Shown: positions 35,950 through 44,157 of the stretch, piece by piece
Layout of the letters: each line of letters begins with the position of its first letter
Position numbering within the stretch: position 1 is the first letter of the stretch
Origin: Flavobacteriales bacterium
GTDB lineage: Bacteria > Bacteroidota > Bacteroidia > Flavobacteriales_F > PHOS-HE28
NCBI GenBank assembly: GCA_044346705.1
Contig: JBIIYP010000001.1
Coordinates: 148,634 to 212,633, forward strand
DNA: 64,000 nucleotides
Direction of reading: 5' to 3'
Program-made: the position numbers and the translations under genes
The notes under the pieces: model-generated
Told to the model about the DNA's origin: nothing
Database searches by the model: none
Seen by the model: only the letters and a program-made list of their open reading frames with translations

Positions 35950-36735
35950 ATGGCAGCTTCCTTCCGCTTCGGCGCCGTAGCGCTTCTCGCCCTTTTCACC
36001 GGTTCGGCCTTCGCCCAGCTGCCGTTGGTGGACGCCACCTTGGTGGACAATGGGAACAACGAGTTGGAGGTGCGTGTGCGCCCCGACGGTTTTTTCGATG
36101 GACTGTTCTCCAGCATCGTGTTCACGATCAAGTGGGATGCCGCGGACGGTGCCAACCTCGGTTCCATCACCCAGCCCCTGCCTGCCGATGAATATATCAG
36201 CATCAACAAGTCCGGCGCTGAACAGAACGACATGGGCGATCGCTACCAGGTGTTCGCCGGTTTCGGATTCACCCCCCTGAGCAACGTACCCTTCAGTTGG
36301 ACAGCTGGCAACGAGTATGTGCTGATGACCATTCCCGTGATCAATGGCTCCAGCACCTTCGAACTGCTGAACAACAGCTGGACCGCCGTGAACAATGCGG
36401 ACTACTACGTTTCCCTGAATGGCCTGGACCGCACCGGTGTGCTTTACCAGATCAGCACCGGAGTGACCATGGGTGATGCAGCCTTGAAAGGGTTTGACGT
36501 TCAGCCCAATCCGAGTGAAGGACAGGTGTCCCTGAACTTCCAGGTGGCTGCGCCTCAGGATGTGCGGATCGAGGTGCTCAACAGTGTGGGCCAGGCCGTT
36601 CTTACCGAGCGTCTGCCCTCCTTTTCCGGTCCCTACCAGGGTACACTGGACCTGTCGCCCTTCGGTAGCGGTGTGTACATGCTGAACCTGCGCACGGCCA
36701 CCGGAGTGACCACTCAGCGGTTGGTGGTGCGCTGA
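35950..36735 (+). CDS. Secreted protein with T9SS type-A C-terminal sorting domain
   Basis: Signal peptide MAASFRFGAVALLALFTGSAFAQ; C-terminal ...VLNSVGQAVLTERL...GVYMLNLRTATGVTTQRLVVR. Confidence 0.65.
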   Translation: MAASFRFGAVALLALFTGSAFAQLPLVDATLVDNGNNELEVRVRPDGFFDGLFSSIVFTIKWDAADGANLGSITQPLPADEYISINKSGAEQNDMGDRYQVFAGFGFTPLSNVPFSWTAGNEYVLMTIPVINGSSTFELLNNSWTAVNNADYYVSLNGLDRTGVLYQISTGVTMGDAALKGFDVQPNPSEGQVSLNFQVAAPQDVRIEVLNSVGQAVLTERLPSFSGPYQGTLDLSPFGSGVYMLNLRTATGVTTQRLVVR

Positions 36736-36866
36736 AGGCCCAAGTGAGCGAACCTCGATGATCGGCCGTTGTGCCGCTCCTGATGCCGCTCTGCCCGGGC
36801 GTGCTGCGTGAACTTGCGCAGCGGCACCTCGTTGCCTGCCTTTTGGGTGGTTCGATCCACTCCACA

Positions 36867-37658
36867 GTGCTCCGTGACCTGTTCGCGATCGCCGCCGTGG
36901 CCATTGCCGTTGCGCTTCACGCGCAGTGCATCAGCACTTTCCCTGCCACCGAGAATTTCACCGGTGGCACCGTGGGAACCCCCGGCACCTTGATCACCGG
37001 CTGGTCGAACCTCTCCGGAGATGACCTGAACTGGTTCGTGGACAACAACGGAACACCGACCGCGAACACCGGGCCCATCGGTGATCACACGAGCAACAAC
37101 ACCTTGGGCAAGTGCATGTATGCGGTGTGCACGGGTGCCACCGCGACACCCACTAACGTCGCCATCCTGAAAAGCAATTGCTACACCGTCCACCCAGACC
37201 AACCCTGACTCACCTTCTGGTACAGCATGCGCGGAACGCAAATGGGCTCGCTGTTCCGCGATGTGAACGTGGGTGGTGTGGTGATCCTTGGTGTGTGGTC
37301 CGTGTGCGTCGACCAGGGCTTGAAGTGGAAACAGGGCTGGCTGGACCTCGCGCCGTACTTCGGACAGGCCGATGTGCGCTTCCGCTTCCGCGCGGTGACC
37401 GGCTCGGGAGAGCACAGTAACATGGCCTTCGATGATGTGGTGGTGAAGAGCATGGTGGCCGTTCTGGGCTGCCCGGACGTGAACGCGAGCAACTACAACA
37501 GCGCGGTGAACATCAATGATGGATGCTGCTCATACGCTTGTTCTGTGGGATTCGAACGGGTCACCCTCAACATCATACGCAACAATATGGTCAGCCGGGT
37601 CTTCGCAGCGATCAACCGCAAGGAGCCATGCCTGGACCTCCACAAATACGCAGCCTGA
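36867..37658 (+). pseudogene. MAM-domain secreted protein interrupted by in-frame TGA (37206-37208) at the conserved Cys position
   Basis: ORFs 36771-37208 and 37227-37658 are in the same frame; ...CYTVHPDQP-TGA-LTFWYSMRGTQMGSL matches the MAM C.L.FWY.M.G core with stop replacing Cys; GTG start 36867 gives good signal peptide. Confidence 0.55.
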
Positions 37659-38176
37659 CTTGCACAGGTCTTAGAATACAGGCAGGCGAATGGCACGTAT
37701 GACCATCGTTCGGCCGGACGAGGCACGGACGAAGAGCGGATACTGGAACGAAGTATCCAAAGGGAGGAGCAACGAAGTATGGCCGAAGTAGAGACTTGTG
37801 CCCGAAGGGTCGGTCCGCCGTGCGGCGCAGCGATGACGCCGGAGTGAGGTACTTTGAGGTACGCGTAAGGCTCACCCGCCAAGGCCTGAGGCCTTGGTAT
37901 CGAAGTGGAGGGTCGTCCCTCTTCGTTCGTACCGATCGAACCTTCGCGAATGGGGTCGAGCACACGCAAGAAGGCTGTCTTTGAAGGAGCCATGCGGCTA
38001 GACATGTCCCGATATCCGGACCGGATGGTTTCGATCCCCGATCAAGCGTAACCACGTGGAAGATCTCACCGAGAACAAGGCGCATCTCGGCGAGCAGATG
38101 CATGAGCCCAGCAGTGCACTAACTCCGTTGTTCCATAACGAAATAGGTTGACAGCAGCACGGGTATCGCACTATCC

Positions 38177-40495
38177 TTGCGGACAATTACACCCAACCTA
38201 GCTGACATGAGAATCACGACCAACCTGTGCAAGAGCTTTATCCTCATGGGGATCATGCTCGTGTTGTTCCCCTCGCAGCGCATGCGCGCTGCATGTTTTA
38301 CCAGCGTGGTCGATCCCTCCTGGCACATGATCAACGGCGCCACGGCCGCTGACCTGCACGCTGCCGCGCCAAGCGGTATGGCCCCGTCCTCCATGATGGT
38401 GGTTTGCTCGGCCGGCCCGGCGTCCACAACGCCGACGTTGTGCGTGAACACGGCACTTACGCCCATCACGCACACCACGTCCGGTGCCACGGGTATCGGC
38501 TCGCCCACGGGACTTCCTGCCGGTGTAACGGCGAGTTGGGTGGCGGACGTGATCACGATCACCGGGACACCCACGGCTGACGGCACTTTCAGCTACAGCA
38601 TCCCCCTTGATGGCGGCTGCGGCTTCGTGAGCGCTGTGGGAACCATCACCGTGGTTGCGACCGGCACGGTGGGTGCGGCTTCTTCGAGCCCCTCCCTGTG
38701 CATCAACACGCCGTTGACGGACATTACGCACAGCACCTCAAGCGTAACTGGTATCGATACTCCTTCAGGATTGCCTCCCGGTGTTACCGCCACGTGGTCG
38801 AACCAAACCATTACGATCAGTGGTACACCCACCACTGCCGGTACATTCAACTACACGATCCCGGTCATCGGTTGCAGTGGTCCAACGGCTACCGGAACCA
38901 TTACGGTGATCATGCTTCCCAATGTCATTTACGCTGTTACCAATGCCAGCTGCGTTGGATTTGGGAATGGCGCCATCGATCTGTCGGTCGATGGGTCCGG
39001 TCCATTCTCCTTCCTGTGGTCGCCCGGTGCCCAAACCACCGAAGATCTGGGCGGCATTGTTGACGGTAGTTATGCGGTTACCGTGACCGGTGCAGGTGGT
39101 TGTTCCACCGATGTTCCGGGTATGGTGGTAGGCAGCTCCGGTACGCTGCTCGGTGCTTTCCAGGATGATGACGGCGATGCGTATGGAGATCCATTGGTGA
39201 ACACTACCTATTGCTCGGCGGCCAGTGAACTGGATTCCACGAATTTGATCGTCGATGGTAGCTTCGAGGATCAGGCCTCCCTGCAGAACCTTCCCGGATA
39301 TGTGCCGGCAAGTGCACCGAATGAAGTATGGGGTGCAGGCTGGAACAACTGGGGCTGGACCTCTTGGCAGGATATTACCGGAAGCGGTGCATGGACCGGT
39401 GGTGCCATCGCCCGTACCGAGGAGTTCGCTGCCGGCTGGAAACGAGCCCATACGGGGAATGTTTTCGGTATCATCAAGGACAATTTCAGCATGAGCCAGA
39501 CGTTCACGGTCGCTAGCGGAGGTGACGGTATCGGGAAATTGAATTGGTATGATGCCAATCGTGCCAGCTGGAGGGAACACGACTGGTTTGGACGCGATAA
39601 CACCTATGACGTTACGCTTACGGACGACCTGGGTAATGTTCAACAACTAGGTACCTACACCAGTAAGGTGGCAGGTGGCACGAATTATAGCACGCCTCCC
39701 GGTGGATACGGCTGGTGGACAACGCAGGGCAAGGATTTCTGGTTCGCCCGCGCCAGCAATGACTTCACCCTCGTGGCCGGCAGAACCTACACCCTGTCGT
39801 TCAACAGTCTGACGACGAACGATGACCGCACCACCTTCCTGGATGACATCATGATCGTCAGGCGCGCACTGAATACGGTGCCTGCCGGCTATGTGACCGA
39901 TTCCTCCGACTGCAATGATGCCAGCGCGGCCGTGAATCCCGGAGCGACAGAGGTGTGCAACGGTGATGACGACGACTGCGACGGCTATATCGATGATGCG
40001 GATCCTTCGGTAACTGGTCAGGATACCTGGTACGCGGATGTGGACGGTGATGGGTTAGGCTTCGGTACCAGCACAGGCCTCGCTTGCACCGCTCCGAACC
40101 CAGGCGATGTGACCAACAGCACGGACAACTGCCCCACCGTTCCCGGTGTGATCGGTTCTAGCTGCGATGACAATGATCCGGCCACCGAGAACGATGTTCT
40201 GAACCCCAACTGCGTCTGCGCCGGTGAGCCGATCGACGTGAACACGGGTTTGACCAGCCTCAGCATTCCCGGCGTTCGTGTGTATCCGAACCCGGCGAAC
40301 GACCAAGTGACCATCGAAGGATCAATTTCCGGCCGTATCGCCGTGATCGATCTGCAAGGCCGCACAGTGATCATCAGCACGACCAATGGTGCTGCGTTGG
40401 TGCGCATCGATGTTTCAGCGATCGCTGCGGGCAGCTACATGCTGCGCGCGTTGGACGGTACCGGCGGCATGCTGGGCCGGTTCACGAAGGAGTGA
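38177..40495 (+). CDS. Large secreted adhesin-like protein: He_PIG Ig-like repeats, SprB repeat, MopE-like Cys-rich metal-binding motif, T9SS CTD
   Basis: Three LP.GVTA.W....ITI.GTPT..GTF.Y.IP repeats; C.G.GNGAIDLSV...WSPG...DL..G.Y.VTVT...GC SprB repeat; DCND....VNPGA.EVCNGDDDDCDG; C-terminal VRVYPNPANDQVTIE... Confidence 0.75.
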   Translation: MRTITPNLADMRITTNLCKSFILMGIMLVLFPSQRMRAACFTSVVDPSWHMINGATAADLHAAAPSGMAPSSMMVVCSAGPASTTPTLCVNTALTPITHTTSGATGIGSPTGLPAGVTASWVADVITITGTPTADGTFSYSIPLDGGCGFVSAVGTITVVATGTVGAASSSPSLCINTPLTDITHSTSSVTGIDTPSGLPPGVTATWSNQTITISGTPTTAGTFNYTIPVIGCSGPTATGTITVIMLPNVIYAVTNASCVGFGNGAIDLSVDGSGPFSFLWSPGAQTTEDLGGIVDGSYAVTVTGAGGCSTDVPGMVVGSSGTLLGAFQDDDGDAYGDPLVNTTYCSAASELDSTNLIVDGSFEDQASLQNLPGYVPASAPNEVWGAGWNNWGWTSWQDITGSGAWTGGAIARTEEFAAGWKRAHTGNVFGIIKDNFSMSQTFTVASGGDGIGKLNWYDANRASWREHDWFGRDNTYDVTLTDDLGNVQQLGTYTSKVAGGTNYSTPPGGYGWWTTQGKDFWFARASNDFTLVAGRTYTLSFNSLTTNDDRTTFLDDIMIVRRALNTVPAGYVTDSSDCNDASAAVNPGATEVCNGDDDDCDGYIDDADPSVTGQDTWYADVDGDGLGFGTSTGLACTAPNPGDVTNSTDNCPTVPGVIGSSCDDNDPATENDVLNPNCVCAGEPIDVNTGLTSLSIPGVRVYPNPANDQVTIEGSISGRIAVIDLQGRTVIISTTNGAALVRIDVSAIAAGSYMLRALDGTGGMLGRFTKE

Positions 40496-40509
40496 TCAAC
40501 GGCAATTGA

Positions 40510-40548
40510 AAAAGCCCCTGGCCGTCGAACGGTCAGGGGCTTTTTGTT
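40510..40548 (+). terminator. Rho-independent terminator
   Basis: aaaaagcccctggccgtcgaacggtcaggggctttttgttg. Confidence 0.7.
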
Positions 40549-40753
40549 GTGCGCTACCGACACCGATCGCTTCAGCACACCGGTGCCTTCAACGATCGGG
40601 ACCCGATACTGGTCATTATCGGTGGCGCTGTTCCGAACAGCACCCATCAGGAGCAGGTGCCTTGACAAGACCGGATCGCATTTTTACGGACAGGCCCGGC
40701 GCTTTGGTCCGGGCCTGTCGCATCTTTGGGCACCAACAGCAACTTCCACGGCC

Positions 40754-42805
40754 ATGCGTACATCACTTCTCCTCTCCTTACTGACCATCTGGGGCTCGGC
40801 CTTCGCACAATGCGGTGCGGGCGAGGTCGAGGTCGAGATCGCGGTTTCCACTGATGGGTACGGCTATGAGACCTATTGGGAACTTCTGCCGAACGGGTCT
40901 GCATGCGGCAGCGGCACCCTCTTCGCTGGAGGCAATCCTGCCGTAGGCTGCAACGGCGCGGGACTTCAGGCACAGCTTCCGGGTGGCTACGGCAACAACC
41001 TGGTGATCACCGAAGGGCCTTGGTGTCTCACCGCCGGTGGGTCCTACGCCATCTTCTGGGCCGATGATTGGGGCGATGGCGGGGTCTCCTTCGACGTCAT
41101 CGTCGATGGGGTGAGTTCGGCCCAGTTCGTGGGTGTCGGCGGTAGCCCGGCCGAGACGTTCACCTTCCTCGCCCAGCAGCCCGTGGACCATGATCTGGAG
41201 TTGACCCTGTTGAACACCCCGCTCTATGTGTTCGAAGGCGGGGACCTGTTCATCACTGGCGATATGAAGAACGCCGGGATGCTTACCGTGAACAGTTGCG
41301 AACTGAGCTATACGGTGGATGGTGGGGCTCCTGTTGTTGCCGCTCTGAACGGTCTCAACCTTGCCCCGGGTCTCACCTTGGCTTTTGAGCATCCGGTCCC
41401 TTGGGCCTCGGTCGGTGTTGGAATGCACGTCATCAGCGTTCAGTCGCTTACGGTGAACGGGAACCCGGATGGCAATACCATCAATGACGTGGCGACCATG
41501 GATACCAAGGTCCAGGCACCGGTGCCGAACATCATTGACCAGTACCTGCAGGCCGCACCAACGGTGAACGTGATCGCCGATTCGGACCAGGATCTTCTGG
41601 TGCCGCGAGACCTGGATTTCCACCCTGACATGGACCGCAATGAGCTGTGGGTCATCAACAAGGACGTGGAAAGCTCCGGCGGGAGCACGGTCACCTTTTT
41701 CGGTCCTGGCGCCGCGGATATGGAATGGATGTGGAAGCGCGATCCGAACGCCTGGCACTTCATGAGCCTGCCCAGCGGCATCGCCATGGGCGATAACAGG
41801 TTCTTCTCCACGAGTCCCGGCATCTTCGATGCCAACCAGAACGGGGGGGATCCTTTCACGGGCCCGACCTTGTGGAGCGCGGACACATCGATCTATGCGG
41901 CCACCATCTATGGTCCGTTGGGAAGCCACTTCGACATGCTGCATGTCACGCCGAACAGCCAGGGCATCGCGCATGAGCGCTGGAACAAGTATTGGGTCGT
42001 GGACGGGTTCAATGGCGATGTTGTCATGCACGATTTCGCTGGCGATCATGGTCCGGGCAACAGCTACCATGGGAACGCCATCATCAGGCGCTACGCTGAT
42101 TTCACCATCACCAAGGACCCCAATGACCACATCGTGAGCCACACCGTGCTGGACAAGGCAACGGGCTGGTTGTACGTGGTGGATCATGGCGGACAGCGGG
42201 TGCTGCGGTTGGATACCCGCACGGGCTCGGTGAGCGGTCCGGGAACCTATGGCCCTTGGGAGAGCTATGTGGAGTACAGCATGGTCTCCGGTTACGATTG
42301 GGACGTGGTGGCGAGCACCGGACTGGTGGAGCCTGCCGGAATTGAGGTGATGGGGGATCGCCTGCTGGTGAGCGACCATGCCAACGGCCACATCGTGATG
42401 TATGATATCTCGGTCGACCCGGTGGTGGAGCTCGGACGGATCCTGACCGGTTCGGCGGGTATCATGGGCATCCGTGTGGGGCCTGATGGGCGGATCTGGG
42501 CGGTCAATGCCACCACGCACCAGTTGCTCCGCGTGGACCCCGCCGCGATCACAGGTGTGCCTGAGCTTCAAGTCCTCACTCCACGCGCTTATCCGAATCC
42601 TGCCCAGGATCAGCTTCAGTTCGACGGCATGGAGCTCGCGAATGGTTCCGTATTGGAGGTCGTGGACATGGCGGGCAGGGTTGTGGCCAGGCCCACGTAC
42701 CGGGGTGCCGGGCGTTCCATTGATGTGTCCATGCTGCATCCCGGGCCGTACCTCCTTCGTGCATCCGGTGGTTCGCAGCACCTCAGGTTCGTCATTCAGC
42801 GCTGA
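40754..42805 (+). CDS. Secreted protein with T9SS CTD (unknown function)
   Basis: Signal peptide MRTSLLLSLLTIWGSAFAQ; C-terminal AYPNPAQDQLQFDG...GPYLLRASGGSQHLRFVIQR. Confidence 0.65.
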   Translation: MRTSLLLSLLTIWGSAFAQCGAGEVEVEIAVSTDGYGYETYWELLPNGSACGSGTLFAGGNPAVGCNGAGLQAQLPGGYGNNLVITEGPWCLTAGGSYAIFWADDWGDGGVSFDVIVDGVSSAQFVGVGGSPAETFTFLAQQPVDHDLELTLLNTPLYVFEGGDLFITGDMKNAGMLTVNSCELSYTVDGGAPVVAALNGLNLAPGLTLAFEHPVPWASVGVGMHVISVQSLTVNGNPDGNTINDVATMDTKVQAPVPNIIDQYLQAAPTVNVIADSDQDLLVPRDLDFHPDMDRNELWVINKDVESSGGSTVTFFGPGAADMEWMWKRDPNAWHFMSLPSGIAMGDNRFFSTSPGIFDANQNGGDPFTGPTLWSADTSIYAATIYGPLGSHFDMLHVTPNSQGIAHERWNKYWVVDGFNGDVVMHDFAGDHGPGNSYHGNAIIRRYADFTITKDPNDHIVSHTVLDKATGWLYVVDHGGQRVLRLDTRTGSVSGPGTYGPWESYVEYSMVSGYDWDVVASTGLVEPAGIEVMGDRLLVSDHANGHIVMYDISVDPVVELGRILTGSAGIMGIRVGPDGRIWAVNATTHQLLRVDPAAITGVPELQVLTPRAYPNPAQDQLQFDGMELANGSVLEVVDMAGRVVARPTYRGAGRSIDVSMLHPGPYLLRASGGSQHLRFVIQR

Positions 42806-42815
42806 GCCAGCATCG

Positions 42816-44090
42816 ATGATCTTACCGTCCATGCGCACGAACGTGAAGGTGCTTGTGGTGCTGTGTGCCGCGCTCGCTGCTGGAACGGCCATGGCGCAGA
42901 CATGGGAGGTCTTCGACATGAATTCGGCAGGACTGCCCAGCAACACGGTGCGTGCCTTGGCGGTGGCTCCGAACGACGATGTCTGGGTGGGTACCGAGTT
43001 CGGCCTGTGCCTGTTAGACGGATCCAACTGGCAGGTCTTCCAGACGGGTTCATCCGGCCTGCCTGACAACGATGTACGTTCCCTTGCGGTGGATGACACC
43101 GGTGCGGTCTGGATCGGTACGCTCGGGGGGCTGGCCTGCTACGACCAAGGCGCGTGGGAGGTTTACACCACAGGGAATTCAACACTGCCCGAGGATTACA
43201 TCCGCAGCCTCGAGATCGCCCCTCAGGGTGGGGTCTGGGTGGGCACCGTGGGCGGCTTGTCGTGGTTCGATGGCGATACCACCTGGCATCATTACAACGA
43301 CACGCCGGGGAGTTACGCTGGTCTTCAGTTGCCCGGGAACAACATCGCAGCGCTTTGCGCACGGTCTGATGGGGCGCTGTGCATCGGCACGGTGAACGCG
43401 GGCTTCACCTACCTCACGGATTCCACGGTCACCGTCTACACGACCTTCTCCAACGGCCTTCCGGACAACACCGCCTTGGGCGTGGCCTTGGATGGGCAGG
43501 GTTCGCGGTGGCTGGCCTGCCCCGCCGGAGCCCTGCTCAACCATGCCGGTGACCTTGTCGGGGGTGCTTGGGTACAGTTCAGCACCGTGAACTCGTTGTT
43601 GCCGTCCAATTCCCTGACCTGCATCGAAGTGGATGGGTGGGACCGGAAGCTGATCGGCAACCAGATCTCCGGGTTCACCATCTTCCAAGGCTTCAGCAGC
43701 TTCACCACCTACACCATGCAGAACTCCGACCTTCCGGGTGATGAGGTCCTGAGCCTCGCCTTGGACGGGGCCGGAAATGTATGGATCGGCACCTCCAGCG
43801 GGGGGGCGGCGCGCTTCGGCTACGCCGTCGGCCTCGAGGAGCAAAAGGCCAATGACGGAATGGTGGTGTTCCCGAACCCGGTGACGGACGATCTGCGATT
43901 CGTGCACCCGGCCGCAGATGGCGGCCGGTATCGGCTTCTGGACCTTTCCGGGCGTGTTCTGTCGATGGGGCCTTCTTCCTCCGGGACCACCGTAGTGGAC
44001 CTGCGTGATGTGGCCACCGGCACCTATGTGTTGGAGGCCTTCGATGCTGGCGCACAGCGCCTTGCATGCCGTAGGATCCAGCGTCTTTGA
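42816..44090 (+). CDS. Two-component-regulator-propeller (Reg_prop) repeat protein with T9SS CTD
   Basis: Repeated LP.N.V..LA.D..G..WIGT..GL....G..W blades; signal peptide; C-terminal VVFPNPVTDDLRF... Confidence 0.7.
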   Translation: MILPSMRTNVKVLVVLCAALAAGTAMAQTWEVFDMNSAGLPSNTVRALAVAPNDDVWVGTEFGLCLLDGSNWQVFQTGSSGLPDNDVRSLAVDDTGAVWIGTLGGLACYDQGAWEVYTTGNSTLPEDYIRSLEIAPQGGVWVGTVGGLSWFDGDTTWHHYNDTPGSYAGLQLPGNNIAALCARSDGALCIGTVNAGFTYLTDSTVTVYTTFSNGLPDNTALGVALDGQGSRWLACPAGALLNHAGDLVGGAWVQFSTVNSLLPSNSLTCIEVDGWDRKLIGNQISGFTIFQGFSSFTTYTMQNSDLPGDEVLSLALDGAGNVWIGTSSGGAARFGYAVGLEEQKANDGMVVFPNPVTDDLRFVHPAADGGRYRLLDLSGRVLSMGPSSSGTTVVDLRDVATGTYVLEAFDAGAQRLACRRIQRL

Positions 44091-44157
44091 ACCTCTCTGG
44101 TTTGACGCTGGGGAAGTGCCGGGTTAACTTGGCGTTCCTTTAATCCCCCCCCGCTCC

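Noticed and set aside
36840-36866. tRNA-like T-arm gggtggttcgatccactcc
   Set aside because: No acceptor/D/anticodon arms can be built around it and it lies inside the leader/signal-peptide region of the MAM gene. It is a chance GTTCGATCC match.
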